A stretch of DNA of 63,370 nt, filler included, from Folioceros fuciformis (Eukaryota): NCBI GenBank assembly GCA_049999805.1. It is 5 parts of 5 records of this genome, joined end to end, with 100 filler letters (N's around TTAATTAATTAA, not from the genome) between each part and the next. Parts side by side here need not be neighbours in the genome. Positions count along the whole stretch, not along the records: positions 27,055 to 51,862 come from JBNGIO010004450.1; 4 more parts are not named here. One strand, given 5' to 3'. The stretch's first letter is position 1, and each line of letters opens with the position of its first letter. Both the position numbers and the translations under genes were made by a program. Positions 33,301 to 47,000 of the stretch are shown here, in pieces. The notes under the pieces are model-generated. The model ran no database searches. It was not told the DNA's origin and worked only from the letters and a program-made list of their open reading frames with translations.

Positions 33301-34382
33301 ACCCTTAACTGTTCTTGTAGGGACCTCTCTCTGAAAGAATACATTGCAGTGAACATGATTGAACATTTACCATAACAACAAAAGGAAACAGTATACCTAA
33401 CAACAAAATCCATGGATACCTTTCTTTAAGGACATCCAGACTCTTTTGATTCTCCTCAAGTAGACTTCTTTGCTTCATCTCCACTGCTTCTTTCACCTTC
33501 TCTTCCATCTTCAGCACAAAGGGAAAACAGGTCAACCGGAGAAACAAACGGCACGAAACCTTTTTTCTGGAATAATGTTTTTGATCAGGGTCCAAATTGA
33601 CCTGTTGCTCAAGCTGTCGATTTCGTTCTTCCAATCTGCGAATAGTTGCCTGCTGATTCTTCAAATACGTAGACTCGGTCCTGAACTCCTCAAGCTCCTG
33701 TTTCATCTTTTTGTTCTCTGCCTCCAGCTCTATAACCCTGGCAGATGTCTCCTGCAAACAGACTTTGAGTCTGGAGTTGTCACTCTCAGCTCTCTAAGTA
33801 CTCTTGAAACCCATCACCAGAGCCAGCTGCAAACTAAAGGAACACTGAACCACGAAAAGGCACATTGCTGGAGAATGTGCTTACTGGCGCTGCTTCGTGT
33901 TCAGGTTCTGGCTCTTCCTCGAAGATCTTCTGGTAGATATTAAGGAATGAATTCTCTCCACCCTTCTTGGTCTCTGCATCAAGCATCCTCGTACCCTGAG
34001 TGAGAGAACCTTCAAGCTTTCCCGTCTCTCAACAAAGGAGTGATACGAATTCCTGCATTACCACGAGGCGCTTCCACGGGTTTGCGCCTGCCCCTCTGGC
34101 TACTGTCTTGATTCTCCCTGGCCTTCTGGCCATCAAGCTTCGCCTTCTCATGTCCTGAATCCGACTCTGGGGCAGCAGAGAGCCTGGTCAGCCACCTTGA
34201 TCACCAGCCCAACATTGGATTCGACACACATTCCCCCGCGCGCTGGTGTGAGCGCATGTCCACATACCTGTCCAGTAATTAAGCACGGCCGAAATTGGAG
34301 ACGGCGAATTGAAGGGAAGAGCTGTCTTTCCTTTCTCCTTCTCTTCAGATTCAGCCCAGATGGTCCCCTCTACCCCCTCCAT
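30355..34382 (-). CDS. CASP: Golgin CASP (CUX1 alternatively-spliced-product homolog), multi-exon
   Basis: Exons encode SAVLNYW, GENSFLNIYQK, LEAENKKMKQELEEFRTESTYLKNQQATIRRLEERNRQLEQQ, QSQLFELRAQ, LFLDKNRKMEHELT, LIARLEEDILK, SMLEVICSQRDRFRQRL, KADNVKLYEKMRYVQDY and a C-terminal TM (YARTFIFFYSIALHLLVF). The exact 3' end is uncertain. Confidence 0.88.
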
Positions 34383-35223
34383 GCTGACAGCCTGTCGAAA
34401 ATCGAGAGATTCAGGACACAGCGAGCTTACGGAGCTCCAACACCGACAAGAAACGACCGGAGCCAAAACACAGCAGAATTGGGGATTTTGCACCTTGTCC
34501 GCACGGCTACAACAGGAAGACCTTGGCCGGAGCTACAGATCCATCCGATCTCCGGTTCGGACGAGCTTGCACTGCTGCGCACACTTCACGCAGGCGAAGA
34601 ACAGAGAACCTCGACGCAAAATTTACAGGGCCCCGATTTATCACACTCTACCTAGCCTAGGGCTTTTAGCGTGACCGTGCAAAACGTGTCGAACGGGCCG
34701 GGATCACTTTTCCGCGTTCCGTTCATATGTCCTCGTTCCGTTTATGCAATATGCAGCCCCTAGTTGCCGGTGTGGCATTATCTGATACGCACCCTGAGGT
34801 TGCGGCTGAAATCAATGGACTTGAGAAATGTATGCGATTCCAGTGCTCTCAACTGCTTGCGCTCGGCATACTCGATTCTGCACGGCGGCTGCGAAATCTG
34901 GAATGACGGGATTCGCTGCCCAGGGAGGTGCGAAGAATTTGCTGCCTTCCTTCTCCATTCTGCCTTTGCTTTTGGAATTGTGCGACATGCTTGGCTTGTG
35001 GTCAGGAACAAACTCCACTGTTCTAGAGCAGTGCCAACTCTGCAGGCGTCACGTACCTTTCTGCTGATGACGAATGCAGGTCCCAGCTTGTCCGAAGGAA
35101 GAGGAATTGACGGGTGGTTGAGATGAAAGCACGGCCAAGCTATTGGGTGGTTTGCTGTAAATATCAGTAGCTAGAATTCGCAGTTGTTTTGGGTGTTGGC
35201 GTATCTTGTAGAAGGCTATAGAT

Positions 35224-35985
35224 ATGGAGAGGAAGAAACAGGACACTGTGGACAAGCTTGTGACCTTCCTTGCGAAGCGGGACGGGATCGACAAATGGGT
35301 GAAGACCATGCAGTACACGGGGAAGTTCCTGCACTGGCGATTTGAACACACAAATCCAGGTCTAGCGGTTCGCGCAAAGAAGCTTGAAGTGTCCAGTGGC
35401 CTGAGCAGGAAGGCTTTCCGGTACGGGAGGTTTCTGACTGGGTTTAACACTCTCAGGAGGTCCAAGAATGCTGATCTCACCTTCGCAGTGCTAGCCACTC
35501 TGGCCAACGCGGGGGAGATGGTGTATTTCTTCTTCGACCATTTCCTCTGGCTGTCGAGGAACGGTGTTCTGGATCCCCATTTTGCCAGGCGCTTCTCCTA
35601 CATTTCGGCCTTCGGGGAGTCCTTCGGGTATGTGTTTTTCATGGTCGGAGATTTGATCCTGATCAAGCAGGGGAGGCAGACCGAGAAGCGGCTGTCCCTG
35701 GAAGTTCTAGAGTTGCAGAGAAGCCTTGCATCAACCTCGGACGGCAAGGGCAACAGCGATGTGGAAGTGGTGGAGCAATTGGTGCAGGAAAAGAAGGCTC
35801 AAATCTTGAGCATCCGGCGTAGTCGGAGCATGCAAATTGCTGCCCTGGCAGCCAATCTGGCCGACCTGTTCATTGCTCTTGCAGATATAGAGCCAAACCC
35901 TTTCTGCAATCACGTCCTGACGCTTGTTCTCAGTGGACTGACATCAGCGTGGGCGGGTTGGTACCGCAACTGGCCTTCAGATTAA
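35224..35985 (+). CDS. PEX11b: Peroxisomal membrane protein PEX11b
   Basis: Intronless; DTVDKLVTFLAKRDGIDK, SGLSRKAFR.GRFLTGFN, PNPFCNH, SAWAGWYRNWPS. Confidence 0.92.
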   Translation: MERKKQDTVDKLVTFLAKRDGIDKWVKTMQYTGKFLHWRFEHTNPGLAVRAKKLEVSSGLSRKAFRYGRFLTGFNTLRRSKNADLTFAVLATLANAGEMVYFFFDHFLWLSRNGVLDPHFARRFSYISAFGESFGYVFFMVGDLILIKQGRQTEKRLSLEVLELQRSLASTSDGKGNSDVEVVEQLVQEKKAQILSIRRSRSMQIAALAANLADLFIALADIEPNPFCNHVLTLVLSGLTSAWAGWYRNWPSD

Positions 35986-36496
35986 ATTATTTCTGCAGGC
36001 TTGCCCTGCTGCCATCGGACAGTAGTGTAGCCTGATGAGGCCTTGCCTCATCCTGAACTGTGGCTCCACCCCCCTACCAAAATGGTGGAACAATTTGATG
36101 ATGGGAACGCTTTCTATTAACGTTACCGTGCGCAAGGGTTGCGAGACCAGGGAAGAACGTACTCGTTCAACCCTGGTCCATATTTCCACTGATAGTAACT
36201 TGGAAGCAAAGCATTGTTGGCGAAGTCACCTATTCCAGTTCGAGGATGAAAGGGAGTGACAGCACATGGTAATACGTGGCTTGCAAGTTGAGCCATGGCA
36301 GGTTGTTGTAATGGGCCATATGCTAGAGGACACTCATCTATAACAACCTTGCTGTTCCTAGATACACCGGTACATTCTTGGATGGGTCCCTCAGAATAGG
36401 GAACCTGGTGCAAGCGTGCAAGAAGATAAACCAGTGAGTTGCAAATTACGGAAACACCTAGTCGCCGTCCTTAGCATATACTTCAACACAACTCTC

Positions 36497-36672
36497 CTTC
36501 CTCCTCTCTTTCATGGGCCATTCTGGTTCTCCCTCTTCTGCTCCTCCTCCTTCTCTTTCATGAGGCAGATTCGGGTTCTCCCTCTTTTGCTCCTCCTCCT
36601 CCGTCTCTTTCATGGGGCAGATTCAGGTTCTCCCTCCTCCGCTCCTCCTCTCCCTCTCTTTCAAGAGGCAGA
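36497..36672. repeat. Degenerate ~48-51-bp pyrimidine-rich tandem repeat, about 3.5 copies
   Basis: Recurring ctttcatgRggcagattcNggttctccctcYtYYgctcctcctc unit. Confidence 0.75.
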
Positions 36673-38195
36673 GCTACCCTGCAACGTGTATCAAAGTCTT
36701 CCTACACTTGGGGGGGCCTCCATTCATGCATCTGAACGACCATGGTTCGTTACTATTTCAGTCAATGCCAGACTGCGAGACCACCTACAGTACATACCCG
36801 ATTTGACTGGAACGTCATGGTTTGCGCCTCTTTGACTGGCCCTTGGTCTGGAGGGACCGGAACCGATGGGCAGCGTTCAGCCGCCTTGGGCAGCGTTCAG
36901 CACAGGGGCTGCACAGGGGTTTAAACGGAAAGGGTACCTTTTACTCAGCTTCTGCAACGTGAAGATGGAAGCTCCCACGATGATAGAGTACCACGTAGAT
37001 CGACGTAAAGCCCGAAGGAACATGGAGCATGGCCTCCTACGAAGTTTCCTCCTGCGCCGAACCCGAACCTGCCGAAGCTACCAAACCTACAGTGGGAAAA
37101 GTGGGGCATTAAGGAAACGCACATTGGACAAATCGGCTCTTCCTCATCTCCTCCTGGCATATGAGCAATACAGTGACGTGATAAGTGTGAGGAAAATGCG
37201 GCACCAAGGAGGCGTGCTGTCAAGCTGACAAGCTGGAGGTGAAGACAAACATCCAGGCAGTGAAGAAGACAAAGAGGCACCCGGATAGCGTAGCCGGGAC
37301 GTAAACAAGTTGCTTACCCGTCGACCACAGCAAGTCACGATTCACGAGGAGCCGGGAGGTTGCTAAACACACCCTTGTGCTGTGTAAGCAGGTGTCCGAG
37401 TGCCTTGATGTGAGGAACCGGCCCTCACGTTTTTTAAAATCTTGAGACGCGCAGCCATGAAAAGGGCCCCCCAGAACGCATGAAGAGCTAAGCCCCACCC
37501 ATGAGCCCCGCCGGCTGTGGCCGCTCCCTGCTGCTGCGCATTTGGCTGCCGCCTTGAGTGAGTGACTGCCTGCCGGCCTGCTGGATCTTGGGCTAGAAAT
37601 CGGATTGTGCTGGATGTATTGTGTGTGCAATGGGACTGACAGGCAGTGAGCTCACCTGAACTGGACAGGGCTTACAGTGCGGTGGCTTGCTCCGAGTTCG
37701 TAGCTCGCTCCGCAGGGGGATTGATGGGTGCCGGAGAGGGAGTTTTTGGTGGGCCTCAGCTGGATGATTGTGGAGCGTTTCCCTCTCTCTGTCTCGATTT
37801 GGTTTTCGGCGGCCTGGAGTTATGTGATCCCTGGAATTGGACCTTGAGATTCCAACACCTCGGGGTATTCTGTGCCTAGGGACTGCGGAGCACGGGAGGG
37901 TCTGGTTATTTGATTCCGGTTCAGAGAGCCGGGCCGGTACTGGGTCAGACTGGCATGGTCTGCTTGCCGGCGCCTCCAGGGAAGCAGATGAGATTGGGTG
38001 ACTGGAATAAGGACTTGGACGATCCCGGACAGTGGAGGACCCGTGATTGCTGCTCTGGGCTTGCTGATGCCTGCCAGTATGGTGCTCTTGGCGGGGAGTG
38101 TGCGATGTGGGAGCTTGTAGATTGGGTTTGGGAGATTGGGATTTGTAAGTCACTTGAGAAGGTCTTGTACTAGGTGTTTGATTCCCAGGTCTGCA

Positions 38196-41100
38196 ATGGC
38201 CGGGCTGGTGGGGTATGCGCTGGAGGTTTTTTTCCCTTCCTGGAAGGAGATGAGTATTTCCTTGGGGCTAGTTGTGGTTCTGTTGAACCTGCTGAGGCTT
38301 GTAGATTCATCGTCCAATCAACGACCGGATAACAGAGATGTCAAGGCAGATCCAGCTGTAGACAGTGATGGTGCCACTCAGCAGGGGATCGGTAGCCCTC
38401 CGCACAGTAAGGTTGGTGTTGCAAATTTCTGTTCTGTCTTGATTCTCCATTGGTTACTTTGGTGGGGGGGGTGTGTCGTTCACGAAGTTGGGGCCAGGGG
38501 AAGATTCCTGAGCTTGTCTTGATTCATCTGAGGTTGCAGCATCCAATCCTGCTGGACATGGACACTTGTCCGAGCAAGAGTTTCTCCTTGTGGCAAGGCT
38601 GAGTTCTCCAGAAGAGGGCCAGCCTACTGTCTTGCACGAAAGAACTTTTGTAATGTCTGTCTAGCAGACCCGCAATGTGCGCTGTGTTACTGGCCAGAAC
38701 CGCCATGCGTCATGATCAAATCTGACGTGACGAGCACTGCTGCTTGCATCTCATGTCTTAGTATGGGATTGACCACGACCTTTTCTTACTGTGACGGACC
38801 TTATCTCATCTCCGTGCGCTCTTATCTTTTCCATGGGCTGCTTGGTGTAGGTGCCTTTGAGAGGGGATTCTGGTAACTTAAGTGTTTATCTGGTGAAGGT
38901 GAGAGTTCACAAGACACATCAAGAAGGTGTTGTCAGCAATGTTTATATTACATGATCAGTTGTGCGACCAGCATTCCTGTTGCAGGTCTCCGGTTGCTGA
39001 ACATGATTGTGCTGCTGTATGATGATAGCTGAGCACCTGTTTCCGGCCGTGTTCATTTCAGCTGCAACTTCTGGCTGCCAAAAATTTGATCGCTGCAAAT
39101 CTCAACGGCTCCTCCGACCCTTACGCTATACTAACATGTGGGCCTCAGAAACGCTTTAGGTGGGCTTCTGATCTAACGGAACCAAGCATTCTATGGGACC
39201 TCAGTCCCTAAGTCCTTATTGTGAGAACGTGGGAGTTTTCCAGATCTTGGTATCAGATGAAGTGACTCAATTTTGGTCTGTCCCCGTAGTTCAATGGTTC
39301 CAGGAACAAGGAACCCCATGTGGGGTGAAGAGTTTGATTTCTACACAGAGGAACTACCTGTTCAGGTATGACCAGGACTGCTAGTGCCTTGTCTGCATGT
39401 TTTTCAAGGTTCCGCTATCCTTGGTTCTGAAGGAGAGCTCGAATTTCAGGTGAATATTTCTATCTACGACTGGGACATATTGTGGAAGAGCACACACCTG
39501 GGATCCGTTACCCTGAAAATCAATGACGAGGGTGATACAGAAGCTGTTTGGCATATGTTGGACAAAGGATCAGGCCAGGTACTGGATTGACTTCAAAAAT
39601 ACCTTTTCTGGTTTTCTGCTATGCCTTGAGTGTTTGGATGTATCCACTCAACTTTCCAGCACCTGCAGGTTTGTGTGCATACATCTGCAAAGTGCCTTCC
39701 GGCAAGTACAGCCGGGTGAGCTTATCTCAGTCACAGCCTGACAATTGAATCTTGTGGGGAATGAGTTCTTTTAGAATGGCGAGGAGCCTTGTTATGAGTA
39801 TAGTCTATATTTCGCAGGGGTCCATATTTGAGTGCCCTTTGGCCAGTGTTAATCGTATGCTGCTGTATGAGTGGAGATTTATGTTCCACTTCGTTTCTTT
39901 GTGGTTTGCAGGGCTGTTATCGGTGGACTGGCTGGCGGTGGCAGAGGAAGGCGGATCTCGTTGGATCGACCAGTTGGAACAGAAGTGCGGCAGAAGCCGG
40001 GACCTTTGCAAACAGTCTTCGGTCTGCCCCCTGACGAGGTAGTCTTGTGAAGCAGCTGTTGCAATCCGCGCTCGTCATCCAGACTTAAAGGTCCAAAGTT
40101 GAAAGGTCTCTATTGACCTTGTCACAGGTGGTTGAGCACAGTTACTCCTGTGCTATGGAGAGGTCCTTCTTATACCATGGTCGGATGTATGTATCGGAAA
40201 GGCATATTTGCTTCAGTTCAAATGTGTTCAACAAGCACATGAAAGTGAGTATGCTCATTGCACCCTGAGCTCCTCCCCAGTTCACCACACAGCGAGCGGA
40301 GGTAACTGATCTGCCCTTTTTCCTCGGCCTGACAGGTGGTCCTTTCTTTTGAAGATGTGGAGGAGGTAGGGGGATCTGTTGTTGAAAGTTGTGTGCCCTA
40401 CGTCAGTGATACTCAACGTCAAAGTTCTGGGTTAGTTTTCTTCTTATCCGTGGGTCTGTTGAACAGATACGAAGAAGCCAGCATGCTCTCATCAACCCTG
40501 CGATAACGATCGTCCTTCGAGCTGGATCGGGGGGTGATGGGGTGCCTCCTCTCTCTAGTCCTGATGGTATTCACGCTATGCGGACCGCTTAGCTTTGTTC
40601 TGGTGATCCGGCCGTGAGCGATCGGTATTGACTTGGAGGGAACTGGAGTGCAGGGAGGGCGAAGTACAAATTCGCGTCCTTTTGGAACCGAAATCACGCT
40701 CACAGAGTCCTGTTTCGGACAGCCAAAAAATTTCAGGACGTCGAGGAGGCTGCAAAGCTGGTACTACAGTCAGACAGACTTGGTTCACGGAAAATAGTGT
40801 AGAAACGAAGGTCGATTCTGAGATGTGGTTGCTGCGCAGGAAGAGCAACAGTCTGCATTGAGGTCACAAAGCAGCTCTTTCGCAACCCTTTCCCAATCTT
40901 CGGAAGTAGGTGCTCCTTCTGGTACTTCCGGAGTGCCCTTTCAGCCGTTCCTTAAAGAAGAGATTCTCGTGGATATATTGAAGGTACGGGAACCACGGAT
41001 CTCACTTCGTTCCTGCATGAATGTTTTGTGCAGTCCGTCTATCCCGATACTTACTGCTTGTCTTGTTTGTGTATCTGGCAGGTTGATCTGCCTTGCACTG

Positions 41101-42104
41101 TGCAACAGTTCTTCTCTGTGCTCCTCAGCGACGCTTCTAAGTTCACGGAAACATACAAATCTCAACGGAAAGACGTCGACGTCAAGGTTGCAGTTCTGTG
41201 CACTGGTCCTCAATACCTCCAGTATTGGATTGCGTGAGCAATCAGTAGTCATGAACGCCCGGTGTCGCCATTTGTTCTCTTTTGCAGCTGGAAAAGTGGA
41301 ACCCAGCGGTAGAGTATGGTGGACTTGTTCGCAAGGTTACATACCGATCTTTGTGTCACAGCCCCATGTGTCCTCCTGACACGGCAATGACGGAGTGGCA
41401 GCATGTCTCCTTCTCCACGGACAAGCGACACCTGGTGAGTGAAGTGATTGAGCTCGGTGTCATGGTTTAAACCTCTGCTCCTGACCAGGAGCCTGCAACA
41501 TGTGGAATGTTGTGCAGAAACTTGAGACTGTGCAGCAAGCACACGACGTGCCTTTCGGTTCCTTGTTTGAGGTGAGTAGGGGAAGCATTTGGAGTCTTTT
41601 TTGTCTGAGTTATTGTGTTATGTGGTGACACTGTGTTGTGCTGAGAGCAGGTGCACGCAAGGTGGACTGTGCACGGGACAACTGAGAATAGCTCTTCCAT
41701 TGTCGGCAGTGTTGGTTAGTTGCAGATTGCTCAAAGCTGTATGTCATGGTCATTGTCAATCGCAGGACTGGAAACAGACACATTTGTTTTACATGTATGT
41801 CGTTGCTGCTGACTATCATGATTGTACTTGTCTATAGGTACCCATTTCAAGAAATGGATTATCATGCAATCGAAGGTTAAGAGTGGAACTGAGAAAGAGG
41901 TACAGGGGATCGATCCCCGGTGTGTCGATAATTGGATGGTAGTTTACCAGTTACCCTCACAGCTTTTCCTTGTGATGCCGCATGCAGTATAAATTGGAGG
42001 CGGAACTCTTCATCGAAATTGCACGAAAATTCCTGGAATCACTAAGAGCTGGGGTTCAACAGGAGGAATCCAAAGATGGGGCTCAGGGTAGCGTACCTGG
42101 ATGA
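38196..42104 (+). CDS. BAGP1: C2-GRAM-VASt domain protein (BAG-associated GRAM protein 1-like), multi-exon
   Basis: N-terminal TM; C2 ([41 protein letters not shown]); GRAM ([34 protein letters not shown]); VASt ([33 protein letters not shown]). Last exon ends VPG* at 42104. Confidence 0.9.
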
Positions 42105-44020
42105 GCTGTTCACTCATATTCTGTTGATTGCAAGACAAGTCCTTGCACGCTCGGCCATCGTCATCGTCCTCCACGAAGCGTCAGATCGACCATATTGTTT
42201 CCTAATCTGAGTACACACAGTGACAATCCTATCACATCCAGTAAATTAGATGAACCACCAGTTCAAGCATAATTTAAATCTCATGCCAGTGCCCCCCGCT
42301 GGAACGGACCTCGGATCCTATCAGGGCAGAGTAGCTGAGGGAAGAGGATCCTGCCAGAGCCACATGTAACAAGGTGAAGGGACAAGAAAACGCGGGGTCA
42401 AGAAATTGTGACGGCAATAGAAACGAGCAACATAGAACAAGCAGCAAGGCAAAGATTCAGACTTGGTTCCCCAGAATACCACAACGAAAGCCATGCCGTT
42501 TTCCTGTCAGGATTCACGTGAACGGAAAATGTGTAGGGTGTGAAGAGACGCTACATACCGTGACCACTTCCGCACGAAATGGTGACTGTCGATCTTGGTC
42601 CCCTTTGATGCGAGTGTGAAAAATGGGGATTCCGCGCCCGCCCCTCCAACCTCGGCTCGCTGAGTGCGCCACCAAGCTTGTCGGTCCGCAGGCTAGCCCC
42701 TCCGCCGAGCATGAAATTGCAGGCTTGTGCAGGGCCAGACGATCTCAATGTACCCCACCTTGCCCGGCTTTGATGAGGAAAATCAGACATAAAACTGCAA
42801 GCTGGAGTCGTTCCCTGTAGGTCGGTCATGAAGAGCAAGGGACTTGAGTAAGCCCAAGACTCTTCTTCCGATTGGCCCGCAACGCAGCTCCCTAGCTTGC
42901 TGGCCTCTCCTGCGGAAAACCGTAGCACACCCTCGGCCCGCGGATGGGTGGAGACAGACGATTATATTGTCCAAGCACCCCAATTCGGCGGGCCGAAGCT
43001 GGCTAAGCAACTCCTGCCTGCAACGTGGAAATGCCACCCTCCCAAGTCTCCCTGTTGCCAGCTCTCAGGATTCATCTCTGGAGCTATCTCGACCGGCAGC
43101 TGCACAGACAGATAAGTACCAGACCGCTGGATGACAAATTCAATTGCAGTGGCACCACGTAGCTTTACATGTTTTGAAAATGCGCACAAGTGGATGCGGC
43201 GCCTGGTAGGTTTTCTGACAGCTAGGCCAAACAAATGTGTGGTGTCGGCAAGCACTAGGGGACCGAGGGTAAGATTCAAAGGGCTGTACTCAGTGGAATA
43301 GTTCGCAAAAGCAAACGCATTGAAGAAGGAAACTGTAAGTAGCCTGTACCCTGTGGGCGCCTTGTACAGTACCTGCGGATCAAGGTTTAGTGAAGCAGCT
43401 AGTATGTACTTGTACAGTGCAGCCATCACCCAAGGTCCCAAAGCTCTGTACAGTACAGCATCAGAGGAGATAGTGTCTCATCTATTTAATCGACCGCCCC
43501 AGCTCAGATGGATGCATCAAAGAACAATGCATACTTATCACTTCAAGTAATGACTATAGAAGCCCGTGTAAGAAGGCCGCCCAATGATGGTCTAGTGTTC
43601 ATGAAAACTATATAAGGCACATTACATACTGACAATGCTTCCCCTACATACACTGCTGATAAAACGTCTGCTTGCTTCACCAAAAGAGTCTGGCCTGGTG
43701 AAATTTCAAAGACCAAAGAGTGGGTCCCGTATAAGAGTCGCTCTTGCCTAGGAGGGACAGCAGCAATCTATGTGCAGTGCACTGCAGTGGAGAGCAGTGC
43801 AGAGCAACTTCCTTCAGGGTTTAAAGTACAAAGGCTGCACAGAGCCCACAAGTACATTCGGCAAGAGAGCTGGGCGCCGATTACTCTTGAGAGTAAGAAA
43901 CGCCACCAAGAAAAAATAATGCCAGCTTGTAGTGCAGCCAACACCGGGCTACAAGCTATGAATCTCCCGCCACCACCAACCTAATTATACACAAAAGAAT
44001 TCCAAAACGACAAGTAACAC

Positions 44021-47000
44021 CTACTGCATTTGCTTCCGGCGGGAAGCCCCCCCCATATCTGATCTTGGCCGCTTTACAGGATTTGGAACTCCAACGTCCA
44101 ACCTCGACCTTGACGGGTCCTGTGACGCACCACCTGCACCGCCCAGGCGGGACGCGCCAACAACAAGAGACTGCTGTGATGAAGTACTCTTGCCTGTCGC
44201 ACTGGCTGCATTCCTGCCTGCTTCCTTCCCCTCTTCAAAGCTCGGTTGTCGTCTGCTACTGGAACTACGTTGGTTCTTACTCCTACTAGAACTTGCCGGC
44301 ATTACACTACCATTACTCTCCCCCTTCCTTTTGTCAGTCTGAAACAAGCTTCTATTGTCCACCTTGCGTAGCTGATTACGCTTCTTCTTATGGACCACAA
44401 GATCGAGCGGATGCACTGGTTCCCTACTAGTGAGCTCTTCTTCATCATCTATTTTTTTTGTACTTCTACTATCAGGCCTTCCCGATCTTTTCTTCTCCTT
44501 GGAACTGGCAGCCCTTGCAGGCTCAGGCTCCTCAGCCTTCCTATCTTCCATCTTTCTCTTGTTTTTTCCTGGCACATTCTGGGGAATTTCTGGAGGGTCA
44601 TCATCGACATCTGAAGGAACTGCCTGCTGACGCACCTTTGGGGGTTTTTGTCCAGGGATCCATGCTCCTGACACTGGGGGTGGCGCAGTCTCATTTGGGA
44701 TTCCAGTTGGTTGTTGCCGTCTCCTGGTTAAAGCGGCAGCTGGAGGGGCAGCCATCTTTGTCTTCACAGAGGTGAAATCAACATCAGGAAACATAAGCTC
44801 CATACGTTGGAAGAACACTATTTGCAGGCGACGGGCATCGCTTAGAACCTGCTTGGGACATGAGATTTGTTACCACACGTGAACCAACAAGTATACATCA
44901 ATTTGAGCATTCCCCAAAGGCGAAAACTCACCTCAGTTGCATTAGCATGATACCGCACAGCATTGTCAAGCATAAGTTGCACATCTGCGGCGAAGTCAAG
45001 GACTCCGCCGTATCCAAAGTGATCGAGTCGCTCCTCAATAGTATGAACATCCACAGGGCGAGAGATGATAGTATAATAATCCGGACAGGCACTAAGCTTT
45101 GGAAGCTCTGTGAATAACTCAGCATTGACAGCTCCTTGCAACTTTTTGAGTGCCGCTTTACACTGCAAAGAGAACAAACAGACGAAACAAGCCATTCTTA
45201 ACATGCATCTCAACTCACTATAAGCTTAAGCTCTCTGCTCTTGTACCACCTGTCAATCATACCCAAAATGCTTCAAGAATCAGCCAAAAATTGAAACATA
45301 CAACCACACCTTTTTTTGTGTGCTCTCTGGCATCCGTCCCGTGACAGCACTCCAGGTTGGAATGCCACTAAGAGGCAGGATCCCCTTCATAGTTCTAGCT
45401 TCCCCTCCTTCGTAAACATCTTCCACAGGCTCTTGAAATCCATTGGCCCAGTTCGTATGTTTGAACACCATACGGGGTCGCTGACCTGGAAGTGCTTCTG
45501 GTACCACGTCTTCCAGACCTGGAAACATCGAATGTCTCCGCTTGGCAAATCCTCCCCACTGCTCAGTCCTCTCAAAGTACCCATCCTCATTGCCAACATA
45601 CGCACCAAATCCTGGTCCCTGAAGAATGCCTTGACCACTGTATGCTGGCCTAGGCGCAAATTGCACAGGAACAGCAGAAAATAGTTCGGCACCCTTATTG
45701 TTCTTCCCAGAGTCTATGAAAGCTTTACTCCGATTGCGTTTAGTGCGCTTGTTCTTTTTTCGAGGTTGAATGACTTGTTCCTCTTCAGCATCCTCTGCCA
45801 ATTGCATCCAGCTCCCTGTCCTATGAGTACCAGAATCACCAGATGCTGCAATCTCACCCTCCTCCAAATCCTCAGCCTGTCCACACAAAAGACATCCATC
45901 AAGACTCTGAAAACGACTGGAAACAAGACACAACACAGCTGAAATGCAGACGCAGTAATACGGGTTTTGCAAGATCGGCTGCATACCAGTTCCTGCCTCA
46001 GTGGATTGCTTTCCACAGCCGCCACGGATTCAAACCCATGTCCTTGACCAGGCAAATCATTCATATTGAAGCACTCCCATTGAGTTTCACCATCCTCCGA
46101 TGATGCATTGGCTGCTGGATCGTCTTGATCTTCCATTTCCTCATCTAACTCTTGTTCTAAAACTTCTTCAGACTCGTCCACTACAACCACAGCTTCATCC
46201 CCTCCTTCTACTTGACCCTCATCTTCGATCTCTCCCTCCTCATTACCCTCATCAGACAATTCCTCATCATTTCCTCCTACAATTTCCCCCTCTTCCTCCT
46301 CATCAAATTCCACAACATCTTCTACCTCTTCTTCAATCACTGCTTCCTCCTGATCTCTCTTTCGTTTGCCGCGTGTCATAGCACTGACTGACTTTGTACC
46401 ACTGCTCGGCAGACCCCTATGATTAAGCAAACCCTTCCCCTTTACTTTTGCAGCTTTGGCAAGCAACTTCTCTTCTGCTTCTCTTGTACCAATGGTCCCT
46501 ACTAGCCCCTTCTTGAGGGCTTGCTTCGAAGTTGCGGCTATTGCCGCGTTCACCTCTTGGGAACCTACTCTAAGCCACTTTGGAACCTGCTGGTACTTCA
46601 GCAGCTCCCCTGGCCAATCATATTCTTCGTCCATCTGATCAAATAGCTCAACTTCCTCGTCAGTGCGGGCTATCATGCGATTCAATTCTTGCAAGCTAGG
46701 AACATCATGCACAGATTCCTGATATCTTTCCTCATCATGTAGGAGAGCTTCAAGTGTTAGGCGGCGTTCCTCTTGGGTAGTTCTTTGATCAAACCGTCCA
46801 GCATTTATAACCTCATCTGCCATGTCAATTTTGTGTTGTTGAATGTTATTACGCACAAGACTCTCTACTGAGCCCATGTACCTGTCCTTGCCAGCCATGT
46901 CATCATCATCATCTACTGTCCCTCCGCTCCTTAACTCATCCTCCTTTTCATAGCTGGGATTAGTCTCCACCACCGCTTCAAGGTACAAGACCTTAACTTC

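Noticed and set aside
42370-43560. ORFs of 70-159 aa between BAGP1 and BRM
   Set aside because: No recognisable domain and no convincing gene model.
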